Positions 20,769 to 30,501 are shown, counted from the stretch's first letter. The stretch: 64,000 bases of DNA from an uncultured candidate division Zixibacteria bacterium (GCA_963668625.2 CAXXKA010000001.1:544001-608000); one strand, 5' to 3'. Notes: a model not told the origin generated them from the sequence alone. Numbers and translations: made by a program.

Positions 20769-22495
20769 TGGGTTACATACCCGAGGACATAGTCGAGAAA
20801 ATCAAAGATGATACGGATATTCTCGATTTGATCGGTGAGTATGTCACATTAAAACGAGCCGGTAAAGATTATATGGGTTTATGCCCGTTCCACAGGGAGA
20901 AAACTCCCTCGTTTACGGTCGTGCCCTCCAAGGGATTTTACTACTGTTTCGGTTGCGGCGCCTCGGGTAACGCTATCGGTTTCATCATGCGCCACGAAAA
21001 TCTCGACTACCCCGATGCGATAAAACATCTAGCCAAACGTTCCGGGATAACTATCCCCGAAACCGGCACATCAGATTCCCTCTCTGGCAGGATTTATCAA
21101 GCTACCGAGTATGCGCATGCTTTCTTCAGACGTAACCTGAAAAACTCAACTGCTTACGAGTATCTCAGGGGGCGGGGGCTCAATGATGATACCATTGCCG
21201 AGATGGAGATCGGTTATGCGCCACCGGGGTGGGAAAACCTGTACCGCGAGGTGGTTGCCGATAAGCTGGCTCCGTCGGATTTCGAGAAAGCCGGCCTTTT
21301 CGTTAACAGCGAGAAAAAGCAGGGTCATTATGATAAATTCCGTAATCGCCTTATGTTCCCGATCAAGAATATCTCCGGCAGAGTGATAGCTTTCGGTGGC
21401 AGGGCGCTGGGCGAGGATGAGGGACCGAAGTATCTCAACTCCCCGGAGACGATGATTTATCATAAAGGTTCTGTTCTTTACGGCTTAAACTGGTCGAAAA
21501 ACGATATCCGCAGCGCCGGCAAAGCGATCATCACCGAGGGCTATTTCGATTTCATCTCGGTGTACCAGGCCGGAATCAAAAACGCGGTAGCCGTTTCGGG
21601 CACAGGTTTCACGCCCAACCAGGCCTCGATACTCGGACGGTTTTGTAAAGAGGTAGTTCTTCTTTATGACGCCGACTCCGCCGGAATGAAAGCCACGTTC
21701 AGGGCTGTCGAGGTGTTGTTCAATGCCGGGCTGGAACCGTATATAGTGAGGCTGCCTAAAGGCGCCGATCCAGATAGCTTCATTAAGGAGAACGGTGTCG
21801 AGCCGCTGCAGGTGCTTTTGGATTCGGCCGTGGACTATATCGGTTTCGTAAAAGAATCGTTGCCTGATGATTACGCCAACCTGCCGATTTCCCGACAGGA
21901 ACGTATCATCAAATCGATGGTTGAAACCGCTACGGGCATAGAGGATGAGCTTCGATACGATTTGTTCGTTCGCAAAGCGATTGAAACTCTCGGTTTGCCT
22001 CAATCGGCGGCGGCGAAGTTCCACAAGCGAAATCAGAAAAGTAAAAAAAGAAGCATCCCGGAGATTTTAGGAAGAGTAAAACTCGAGCGAAACTATTTGG
22101 GGTTTTTATTCGGCAACGCCGAATTCATAAAGGAAAGCTCGCAGTTGCTGAAACCTGAGGTTTTTACGGATGTCGAAAGTAAAGAAATTTATTCGAATTT
22201 GATATCAGTTAACAGTAACAGTTTTTCTATCGGAGATTTTCTCGAGCAGTTTTCCGATGACGGTATCCGTCGCAAGATTACCGAAATCATAGTAAGTGAA
22301 ACCGCCGGGGCTCCGCCTGATTTAAGGTTCAATGAGTACTTGGAGAAATTTAAGAATCTGCAGGTATCGGACAGGCTCAATATCTTACAGTCCGAGATAG
22401 CCCGAGCAGAGAGGGAGGGGGACATTGAAAATGCTGACAAACTTACCCGAGAATATCAAGACCTTCGAAACGTCGCTAGAAAAAAGGTGGTATAA
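20768..22495 (+). CDS. dnaG: DNA primase
   Basis: CPFH.EKTPSF...CFGC zinc finger; KYLNSPET; EGYFD; YDADSAG; DPD. Confidence 0.97.
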   Translation: MGYIPEDIVEKIKDDTDILDLIGEYVTLKRAGKDYMGLCPFHREKTPSFTVVPSKGFYYCFGCGASGNAIGFIMRHENLDYPDAIKHLAKRSGITIPETGTSDSLSGRIYQATEYAHAFFRRNLKNSTAYEYLRGRGLNDDTIAEMEIGYAPPGWENLYREVVADKLAPSDFEKAGLFVNSEKKQGHYDKFRNRLMFPIKNISGRVIAFGGRALGEDEGPKYLNSPETMIYHKGSVLYGLNWSKNDIRSAGKAIITEGYFDFISVYQAGIKNAVAVSGTGFTPNQASILGRFCKEVVLLYDADSAGMKATFRAVEVLFNAGLEPYIVRLPKGADPDSFIKENGVEPLQVLLDSAVDYIGFVKESLPDDYANLPISRQERIIKSMVETATGIEDELRYDLFVRKAIETLGLPQSAAAKFHKRNQKSKKRSIPEILGRVKLERNYLGFLFGNAEFIKESSQLLKPEVFTDVESKEIYSNLISVNSNSFSIGDFLEQFSDDGIRRKITEIIVSETAGAPPDLRFNEYLEKFKNLQVSDRLNILQSEIARAEREGDIENADKLTREYQDLRNVARKKVV

Positions 22496-23959
22496 ATGAC
22501 CGAAGAATATAACGAAACCATAGAAGAAAGCGCCGACGAAATAGAAGGCAATTCCGAGGGAAGCGAGACCGAGGAACATGTCGATGAAGTTCAGATCAGA
22601 AAAGACCTGATCGATTCCGATGCCGGTAGCGATACGGCCTGGGCTTATTTCAAAGACCTGGGACGTTTTAATATTCTGACCCGCCAGCAGGAAATAACTG
22701 TCGCCAGGCGGATAGAGATGCATAAAATCAGTATCAAAGAGATAATCTTTTCCTCGCTGACGGTACTCGAGAAGATGCTCGAATGCCAGGACAGGCTTAT
22801 AAATAAAGAGATACGTCTTGAGGATATAGTCTCACCCGAGACCTGCCGGTGGTTCGCGCCGGAAAATATCAAACGCGAGAAATCCAATGTTTTGAGCCGG
22901 TTCAAAAGAATCAGCAAAATCATGGATGATGCCGAGAACCAGGTTAGCGAGAAAGAGAAAATCAAAAAGGGTAAACTTCAATTAAGATATAATCTCAGGC
23001 GTAAGTTGATGGCCGAGATCGAGAAGTTTAATTTCAACCTGGAGTTTCTCGAAAGCCTGACAAAGGTTTTCAAACTGCAGGCCAAGGATGGCAGGAAACA
23101 TCGGCGACCACACAGCAGCTTGCCCGAACTTCAGGATAAATCACCGATCGATTACCTCTTCGCCGAGGAGTTGCCGGTCGATGAGCTGGAGAAAGTCAAA
23201 AGACGTCTACGGTTTTTGGAACGCGAATTGGAGAAAGCCAAGCGTATCATGGTCGAGGCCAATATGCGTCTGGTAATCTCGATTGCCCGCAAGTATATCG
23301 GGCGGGGTATGGAATTCATGGACCTGGTGCAGGAGGGCAATTCCGGGCTGGTTAAGGCAGTCGATAAATTCGACTACACCAAAGGATTTAAATTCGGTAC
23401 CTACGCCTCCTGGTGGATTCGTCAGGCGATAACGCGGGCGCTGGCCGAGCAGGCTAAAACGATTCGCACCCCGATGTATCTCAACAGCCAGTATGGCCGG
23501 GTGGCGAAAGTATCGCAGAATTTATTCCAAAAACTGGGACGCAAACCCGATATCAAAGAGATCTCCGAACAATCGGGATTCCCCGAGGATAAGGTCGAGG
23601 ATATCATGCAGATGATACCTCAAACAGTGTCGCTTTCCAAGCCGTTGGGGGATGACGAGGAGAACCAGGTGTTCAACCTGATCGCCGATCCTCAATTTTC
23701 AACGACCTCGGGTAAAGCCTCATTCGTATATCTTCAAGATCAACTGGAGAAGGTGCTTCACACGCTCTCTCGTCGTGAGGAGGAAGTAATTCGTCTGAGA
23801 TTTGGAATGAAAGATGGTATGCCCAGAACACTTGAGGAAGTAGGATTGATTTTCAATCTCACGCGCGAGAGGATTCGTCAAATAGAGGCTAAAGCATTAA
23901 AGAAATTAAGGCATCGCACACGTTCCGAAAAATTGAAAGAATGTATCGATCTGTTGTAA
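22496..23959 (+). CDS. rpoD: RpoD/SigA-like sigma-70 factor with divergent regions 1.2 and 3.0
   Basis: [41 protein letters not shown]...TRERIRQIE; directly follows dnaG. Confidence 0.8.
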   Translation: MTEEYNETIEESADEIEGNSEGSETEEHVDEVQIRKDLIDSDAGSDTAWAYFKDLGRFNILTRQQEITVARRIEMHKISIKEIIFSSLTVLEKMLECQDRLINKEIRLEDIVSPETCRWFAPENIKREKSNVLSRFKRISKIMDDAENQVSEKEKIKKGKLQLRYNLRRKLMAEIEKFNFNLEFLESLTKVFKLQAKDGRKHRRPHSSLPELQDKSPIDYLFAEELPVDELEKVKRRLRFLERELEKAKRIMVEANMRLVISIARKYIGRGMEFMDLVQEGNSGLVKAVDKFDYTKGFKFGTYASWWIRQAITRALAEQAKTIRTPMYLNSQYGRVAKVSQNLFQKLGRKPDIKEISEQSGFPEDKVEDIMQMIPQTVSLSKPLGDDEENQVFNLIADPQFSTTSGKASFVYLQDQLEKVLHTLSRREEEVIRLRFGMKDGMPRTLEEVGLIFNLTRERIRQIEAKALKKLRHRTRSEKLKECIDLL

Positions 23960-23965
23960 GTAGAC

Positions 23966-24044
23966 GGCGTTAGATGCTGGATCGTATCAGTTTTTTTTCG
24001 AGGTCAGGAAAGATAGTATGATTACTAATCAGCATCTAATAGCC
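23966..24044 (+). other. Long imperfect hairpin immediately 3' of rpoD
   Basis: gttagatgctg (23969-79) pairs with cagcatctaat (24030-40); inner gatcgtat/gtatgatt. Confidence 0.5.
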
Positions 24045-24119
24045 GGATTATTACAGGGGCAAAATGCTACTTATTCCGGGTTAGAGATTTTATTATTGGC
24101 TTATGTCAAATATTCATTA

Positions 24120-24148
24120 TTGACAGATACTTACATTAATGCTATTTT
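24120..24148 (+). promoter_or_regulatory. Sigma-70-type promoter for the CPPYC-protein cassette
   Basis: TTGACA-N17-TATTTT with TG extension. Confidence 0.5.
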
Positions 24149-24293
24149 ATTCATGTGAATGGAATCGATTTATCAATAATAAGTGTGCTCGGTTAAAATT
24201 ATTGCAACAAAGGTTAAGTATTTCAGTATATTGAGCTAGTCTCTCGTACAGCTCTTAAGCAAATGGTCTAACTTTAAAACGAATGGGGGAATT

Positions 24294-24614
24294 ATGAACC
24301 TCGATCCGAAAAAAGATCACTCAATTGACTTGGACACTGCCGCAAAATTAACCAAACGATTTCGAGCTAAAACTAAACCAGGAGACTCGATTTCAGTAGC
24401 TTTCAACAAGGCAGCAATTGCGGGGATCATGGATCAATCTGGATGTGTGGGGCTTAGGATGTATTTTGCCTTGACCGATGAAGGCAAGGAAACAGTCGTT
24501 TTAGTTGGTGTTGATGAAAAGGGAAATGATTTATTCAAAGGCCAACTTATGGAATGGGGAGGAGACTGTCCCCCGTATTGCTCGGGAGCGAATCCGCTCA
24601 ATGGCGAAAGTTAG
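24294..24614 (+). CDS. Small hypothetical protein with C-terminal CPPYC motif (candidate signal precursor)
   Basis: SD GGGGG; GLRMYFA...TVVLVGVD..GND...CPPYC; no signal peptide. Confidence 0.85.
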   Translation: MNLDPKKDHSIDLDTAAKLTKRFRAKTKPGDSISVAFNKAAIAGIMDQSGCVGLRMYFALTDEGKETVVLVGVDEKGNDLFKGQLMEWGGDCPPYCSGANPLNGES

Positions 24615-24617
24615 TAC

Positions 24618-25343
24618 TTGTTCTACTTGTTCTTAATACAGAATAGTTTTACGATAATCGCTTTGATAACTGGCATTATTTGTTACCGGCGGTTATCGAA
24701 ACCATTGAAATTACTATTCTATCTCATTATGGTTATGGTAGCGGTAGAAAGTTATTCTTTCTACCGCTTTCTTGATGCAAAACCAAATCACTGGCCGTCA
24801 CATATATATATGGTTATAGAGTTCGTGTTGTTTTTCCTCATATTCAAGCAGTGGCAATCGAGCAAAATTATAATTAAAGCAATCAATTATGTCGTACCTA
24901 CATTCTTACTGTTTTGTATTATAAATTACATCTTTTTCAGCCAGCCGATATTTCTGCTCGTGGATGGTCTGATTGTTTTCAACTCCTGGGCTCTATATAA
25001 TTTTATACCGATAAAAATCGCAGTCGTATTTTTCACTGCCATTTCCGCTTTTACTATACTTCAATTGTTTGAAAACGACCGGGGAGATATCTTGGAGATC
25101 CCAGCTTTCTGGGTAAGCTCGGGCTTATTGTTCTTCTCGTCGGTATCGATTGTTTATTTTATACTGGTTACTTTTGTCGTAGTAAGTGATAAATACGCTA
25201 TTTATCCAGCTATCACAATGACAGCTACTAATGTGATGGCCAATTCTTTTTATGCAATGAGTTTCATTGTTCAATGGAAGCACTCCAGGGATTGTTCGCC
25301 GGAAAATATAAAAGATATAAGTAGCCAAGATTTTATGTTATAG
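24618..25343 (+). CDS. Multi-pass (~7 TM) membrane protein, candidate receptor or processing subunit
   Basis: Starts 3 nt after the previous stop; about seven hydrophobic segments; P.FW...GLL.F motif. Confidence 0.8.
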   Translation: MFYLFLIQNSFTIIALITGIICYRRLSKPLKLLFYLIMVMVAVESYSFYRFLDAKPNHWPSHIYMVIEFVLFFLIFKQWQSSKIIIKAINYVVPTFLLFCIINYIFFSQPIFLLVDGLIVFNSWALYNFIPIKIAVVFFTAISAFTILQLFENDRGDILEIPAFWVSSGLLFFSSVSIVYFILVTFVVVSDKYAIYPAITMTATNVMANSFYAMSFIVQWKHSRDCSPENIKDISSQDFML

Positions 25344-25458
25344 CATGAGGTTGTTTGCTTTTAATCGCTAATGCAATCCAGGATTAAGAAATTTATTTAT
25401 TGCATATTTACAGATTTGTGTTATTATTGCGTATATATGTACGGAATCAGGAGTTTCT

Positions 25459-26337
25459 ATGACTAGTTCATTATTCGGAAGTATGCTAATTATAATAGCA
25501 ATACTCACAATACTGTCAATTAGTATTGTCAGTGGTGTTATAACCCACAGCCGAAAAATCCGTGAACAGGAAGCTAAATTCAGATTGTTGTTTAATAAAG
25601 TAAGCGATGCTTTAATAGTGTTCGATATAGATGAGAAAATCCATAGTGTAAACGAATCAGCCGGTAGTTTACTAAAATATCAAGATAAAGAGATAGTAAA
25701 ATCAAATTTAAAGGATATAATAGTAAAAGATAAGTGGCTGGAATTATCCGAGAATTTAAAAAAAGTCTTTACTACCGGTAAATCCTTTAACTCCGAATCG
25801 AGCCTTCTGGATGCCAAAGGCAATACTATCGAGGTGGAGGTTATCGGGGTAAAAATAAAACTGAAAAACAAGCAATACATTCTTACCAGTTTCAGGGATA
25901 TCACTCGCCGTAAACATGATGAAATGCAACTCAGGAAGAAACATATTGCGCTTCAGGAGGTACTGGCGCACCTGGAGGATGAGAAACTGAAGATCAAGCA
26001 GCAGGTTGCTAAGACAGTAGATCAGGTCTTGATGCCGACGTTGAACAGAATAAACAGCAGCCAGACTAGTTCAAATCAGGGCTATTTTGATGTGTTAAAG
26101 AATGGTCTTGAGGAACTATCAAGCACCTCGAGTACGATCGTGCAAATTTACTCGAAACTGACACCGAGAGAGATCGAAATCTGCAATTTAATCAAAAACG
26201 GCTCGACCTCCAAAGAGATCGCTCAGACTTTAAACATCTCAATGTTAACTGTAAATAAACATCGAGAAAGAATAAGAAAAAAACTGGTAATCTCCAATAA
26301 AAGCATAAACCTAACCTCTTATTTGAAAAGGTTATAG
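25459..26337 (+). CDS. Membrane-anchored PAS + LuxR-type HTH regulator
   Basis: N-terminal TM; PAS (VN.SA..LL.Y...E ... RDITRRK); coiled coil; LTPREIEIC.LIKNG.TSKEIA..L.IS..TV..HR..IRKKL. Confidence 0.9.
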   Translation: MTSSLFGSMLIIIAILTILSISIVSGVITHSRKIREQEAKFRLLFNKVSDALIVFDIDEKIHSVNESAGSLLKYQDKEIVKSNLKDIIVKDKWLELSENLKKVFTTGKSFNSESSLLDAKGNTIEVEVIGVKIKLKNKQYILTSFRDITRRKHDEMQLRKKHIALQEVLAHLEDEKLKIKQQVAKTVDQVLMPTLNRINSSQTSSNQGYFDVLKNGLEELSSTSSTIVQIYSKLTPREIEICNLIKNGSTSKEIAQTLNISMLTVNKHRERIRKKLVISNKSINLTSYLKRL

Positions 26338-26341
26338 CATA

Positions 26342-26370
26342 AGTATCTCGTACGTATATGTACGTAATAC
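26342..26370. promoter_or_regulatory. Putative operator: clustered GTA-N-TAC near-palindromes
   Basis: agtatctcgtacgtatatgtacgtaatac; related boxes at 25430-25443 and 24238-24249. Confidence 0.4.
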
Positions 26371-26427
26371 GAACCTTATCTTTGCCGCATTGACTATCTC
26401 GAAATAAGTCCTATATATATTATAAAT

Positions 26428-26604
26428 GCAAAATAAAACTGTTTTGCGAATAGCTGAGAAAGTTTAGAACTCTAATTTCTGATTAGAGTGAAAGTCCCAT
26501 CTCTTTTTGGTGATAGGGGGGCTTATTTCATCCTCTTCGTGGACTAGTTGTTCGTTAATTACGTAACAATAGCCGCGATAAAATAAGCCTCTCTATTCTT
26601 TTTT
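26428..26604 (+). ncRNA. Candidate structured small RNA or attenuator leader
   Basis: Hairpins at 26428-47 and 26469-89; 17-bp stem 26512-28/26581-97 enclosing a second ~17-bp stem; U-tract 26599-604; TTGACT at 26390. Confidence 0.5.
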
Positions 26605-26851
26605 AATACCTGCATACGTTATAAGTACTCTATATACTACCATTGACAATAAAATGAATACACGATGTTAGTAGAACTGTTAATCCCCGATATCATTTAA
26701 GTCTTGAAATAATATAGATATAATAATAAAATCAGCTCTGGCTATTTTATGTATGTCGTTGGCCTGTAAAACAAAAACGAAACTAAAAACTAAATATTTC
26801 GTAAAAGGGGAAAGAAACAAGCGATAAATCCGCCTCAAAGGAGGTAAACTT

Positions 26852-28594
26852 ATGAACAAGCTCATGATCAAGACGGCAATAGTAATTGCAGCGTTCGTGT
26901 TAGGCACAGTTTCCTCATGGGCAGAGGTTTTGATAAAACTTGATAACCCGGAGTATGATAATATTAAGGTAACGGGTTTTGAGTTAGAAAAGCCAGGCAA
27001 CATTGAAATAGAGGCGGTTGGATTAAGCCTGAGATATCAGGATGATCTTAATGTGTATGCCTGGATTATCGATCATGATACACGAGAATTAGTTTGGACG
27101 ATGAAAGAACGTCGAGCAGACAGGATTCGCGGAAGTAAAGTGCTTTACGAAGAGAAACTGGATCAATATTTCGATAAAGGTAAATATGAAATTTACCTTT
27201 TTACCAGTGATTTTTCCTTTTCTAATATCTCTATTCATGGTACGGGTGATTTTTTCGAGTTTTTGGGGGATATTTTTAGCGATGATTATGACAGGGAATG
27301 GGATAAATATATCGAGGATTGCCATGTCCAGTTATCATCGAATGATATCTCTAAAAGTGATTTCAAGGAGTTTGATGCCAACGGCGATCTGCCCGGCGCT
27401 CTTATTAAATACAATCGAGTAGGTGATTCCGAATATATCTCGACTGGAATTAGACTTGAAAAGCCGATGTCATTAAAAATCTACTCATTGTTCGAATTTC
27501 CCAAAGATTATAGGGATCCGGTCGATTATGGCTGGTTGGTGAATGCTAAAACTCTTGAGAAAGTATGGGAAATAGACAGATGGAACACTGATTGGGCCGG
27601 CGGTAGTAGAAAAAACAGAATGTTCAATGATGAGATCAAGCTGGACAAAGGCGATTATATACTTTATTTCGTTACCGATGATTCTCATTCATATGAACGA
27701 TTTAATGCTAATCCCCCTTACGATCCTATTAATTGGGGTATCACTATTTTGCCCGGAAAAGATTTCGATAAAGGCGCTTTCAAAACTTATGAGCCGGCGG
27801 GCAGGGGAGATCCACTGCTTGAATTAACCCGAGCTCGGGATCGTGATTTCCTCGAGCAGCCTTTCAAGATGAAAAAAGACGGTGTTATTCATATCTATGC
27901 CGTTGGCGAATATTCATATAGTTCGCGTGAGTTTGCCGATTTCGGCTGGATACAAGATGCCGCCAGTGGTAAAATAGTCTGGGAAATGAGCTACCGTAAT
28001 ACCGACCATGCCGGTGGAGCTAAGAAAAACCGCAAATTCGACGGCCAGGTCGAGCTGAAAAAAGGCCAGTATATAGCTTATTATTCCACTGATGATTCGC
28101 ATTCGTACCGTGACTGGAACGATTCACCGCCGTTCGATCCTAAAGCCTGGGGGCTTGCCATTTACGCGGGACCTGATTTTGATAAGAAAAATTTTGAAAA
28201 GATATCCCAAAAGGATCTAACCTCGAATTCCAATATCCTGGTTAAAATGGTGATGGTTCGGGATGGCGAACGCCGGCGCGAGAAATTCACGCTGGATAAG
28301 CAGTCGCGTATTCATATTTATGCCATAGGCGAGGCCGATCGCGATGAGATGTATGATTACGGCTGGATCGTCGATGATCGCACCAATCGCTCGGTTTGGG
28401 AAATGACCTGGAGAAATACCGAACCTGCCGGCGGAGCTCGAAAAAACCGTCTATTCGATGACGATATACTGCTTGATCCAGGTACCTACGAGGTATATTT
28501 CGTCTCCGATGGCTCGCACTCGTTCAACGATTGGAATGCCTCTAAACCTCGCGATCCGATTAATTGGGGTATTACGGTCAGTAAATCAGAATAA
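26852..28594 (+). CDS. Secreted protein of four tandem ~130-aa domains, unknown function
   Basis: Signal peptide; repeated YGWI.D..T...VWEM..RNT..AGGA.KNR.F...L..G.Y..Y...DDSHSY...N..PP.DP..WG. Confidence 0.85.
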   Translation: MNKLMIKTAIVIAAFVLGTVSSWAEVLIKLDNPEYDNIKVTGFELEKPGNIEIEAVGLSLRYQDDLNVYAWIIDHDTRELVWTMKERRADRIRGSKVLYEEKLDQYFDKGKYEIYLFTSDFSFSNISIHGTGDFFEFLGDIFSDDYDREWDKYIEDCHVQLSSNDISKSDFKEFDANGDLPGALIKYNRVGDSEYISTGIRLEKPMSLKIYSLFEFPKDYRDPVDYGWLVNAKTLEKVWEIDRWNTDWAGGSRKNRMFNDEIKLDKGDYILYFVTDDSHSYERFNANPPYDPINWGITILPGKDFDKGAFKTYEPAGRGDPLLELTRARDRDFLEQPFKMKKDGVIHIYAVGEYSYSSREFADFGWIQDAASGKIVWEMSYRNTDHAGGAKKNRKFDGQVELKKGQYIAYYSTDDSHSYRDWNDSPPFDPKAWGLAIYAGPDFDKKNFEKISQKDLTSNSNILVKMVMVRDGERRREKFTLDKQSRIHIYAIGEADRDEMYDYGWIVDDRTNRSVWEMTWRNTEPAGGARKNRLFDDDILLDPGTYEVYFVSDGSHSFNDWNASKPRDPINWGITVSKSE

Positions 28595-28632
28595 ACAATC
28601 TCTCACCCTCCTTGTGGCTTTGCCATAGACCT

Positions 28633-28661
28633 AGCCCGGTACGCGCCGGGCTTTGTTATTT
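28633..28661 (+). terminator. Probable intrinsic terminator
   Basis: agcccgg-tacgcg-ccgggct followed by a T-rich tail. Confidence 0.6.
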
Positions 28662-28790
28662 ATATTAAAAGCCACCGGTTCTGTGACCGGTAGCAGTTTA
28701 ATGATATGTCTTGACGAAATCCTCCCATCAGTTATATTCGAATAGAGCAGGATGGTGTGATTTGAATCTTATCCGAGGAATTTGTTAACT

Positions 28791-30419
28791 ATGATTAAAA
28801 AAATATTCGTAATTGCTCTCATATTGGCATGCGTTGGCGCCGCCGGAGCTACAATAATTAATGTGCCCGATGATTACCCTACTATCCAGAGTGGTATTAA
28901 CGCCTCGGTTGACGGCGATACGGTATTATTGGGTATAGGAAGTTATGCCGAACATATAAATTTCAATGGCAAAGAAATATTACTTACCTCGGGATACCTG
29001 TTTAGCGGGGAGGATGACGACCGGATTCTGACCGCTCTCTGTGATAGTACGATAGAAGAATCACTGGTAAAATTTGATTCGGGGGAAAGCAGCAACTCCA
29101 TAATATACGGGCTCACACTCGCCCACGGGCGCGCGATGTACGGCGGCGCTATCTGTTGCCGTAACTCCAGCCCAACGATAGCAGAATGCGATATAGCATT
29201 CAATGAATCCATGGGATTCGGCGGAGCTATTTTCATCGAAAACGGTTCCCCCGTGATAAGAAATAATTACATTCTCTATAATCATGCGATAGATTGCGGC
29301 GGCGCCATGTACCTCTTAAACAGCGATGCCGAGATTAGAGATAATAAAATCAGCCTGAATACAGCCGATGAAAACGGCGGGGCTTTGTATCTCTGGTATT
29401 CCAATCCGGCTGTCGAAAACAATTTATTTCCCGCCAATGAAGCAGGCGACAGGGGAGGTATGGCTTATCTCTGGTTCTCCGATCCGCTTATCATGAATAA
29501 TACCGTACAATATAACCTGGCCCAAAGATACGGCGGCGCCATGTATATTTACGCCTCTGCTCCGCTAATTTATCGAAATAATTTCGAGGAGAACAGCTCA
29601 ATCGAAAGAGGCGGCGCGATATTCGCCTGGTACTCCGATCCCATCATTAAAAATAACGTGATTGCCGGGAACAGCTCGGCTCTTTGCGGCGGAGTATATA
29701 TTGGAAATAACTCCAATGCCGAGGTGATCAACAATACCATAGTATTGAATACCGCCGAAAGAGGCGGCGGTTTCTATAGCTGGGGATGCGATCCTGTTCT
29801 GGAAAATAATATTTTCTGGTATAACCGGGCCGAGATCGGTGCGCAGATTGAGCAGGGCACCGATACCAACCCGATAGTACGTTTTTGCAATGTCGAGGGC
29901 GGCTATGAGGGAGAGGGTAATATCGATTCCGAACCGTTGTTTCGGGATACCCTTTCATACGATTTTCATCTGATGGATACTTACTGCGATGATCCTTACG
30001 ATTCGCCCTGTATTGATGCAGGCAATCCTGATATTGCCGATGACACGCTTGATTGTAACTGGGGATTGGGAACGATCGCTAGTGATATTGGAGCTTTTGG
30101 CGGTGGTAATATCAATGTCGGAATAGAAGATAATGATCCTCAAACGATTCTCCCTGCCCGGATGGATATCATCTGTAATTACCCCAACCCGTTTAACGGT
30201 TCGACCGTTATATGCTTTCAGCTATCGCAACCGGGTGATATCGAATTGTCGATTTATGATATTCTTGGGCGCAAGGTGGAGTGTGTTCGTGAAGAACATG
30301 AGGCAGCCGGAACGTATACGATTACCTGGCTGGCTGACGGCAAGCCATCCGGGATATACTACGCACGACTGAAAACCTCGAAGAGCATGTTCTCGACATC
30401 AATGATTTTACTGAAGTAG
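28791..30419 (+). CDS. Secreted right-handed beta-helix (GGAI-repeat) protein with C-terminal sorting domain
   Basis: INVPDDYPTIQ.GIN; repeated N.A...GGA.Y; SPCIDAG; NYPNPFN tail. Confidence 0.85.
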   Translation: MIKKIFVIALILACVGAAGATIINVPDDYPTIQSGINASVDGDTVLLGIGSYAEHINFNGKEILLTSGYLFSGEDDDRILTALCDSTIEESLVKFDSGESSNSIIYGLTLAHGRAMYGGAICCRNSSPTIAECDIAFNESMGFGGAIFIENGSPVIRNNYILYNHAIDCGGAMYLLNSDAEIRDNKISLNTADENGGALYLWYSNPAVENNLFPANEAGDRGGMAYLWFSDPLIMNNTVQYNLAQRYGGAMYIYASAPLIYRNNFEENSSIERGGAIFAWYSDPIIKNNVIAGNSSALCGGVYIGNNSNAEVINNTIVLNTAERGGGFYSWGCDPVLENNIFWYNRAEIGAQIEQGTDTNPIVRFCNVEGGYEGEGNIDSEPLFRDTLSYDFHLMDTYCDDPYDSPCIDAGNPDIADDTLDCNWGLGTIASDIGAFGGGNINVGIEDNDPQTILPARMDIICNYPNPFNGSTVICFQLSQPGDIELSIYDILGRKVECVREEHEAAGTYTITWLADGKPSGIYYARLKTSKSMFSTSMILLK

Positions 30420-30501
30420 CGTTAACCATAAGGCTATTGGCTTATCGTATAGTTACCACTATTCTTATTATATATGTAGTAAACAATATACGAAAAAAAA
30501 C

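Noticed and set aside
26453-26462. GCTGAGA as a TPP riboswitch core
   Set aside because: The other conserved TPP elements (ACCTGA, CGNAGG) are missing
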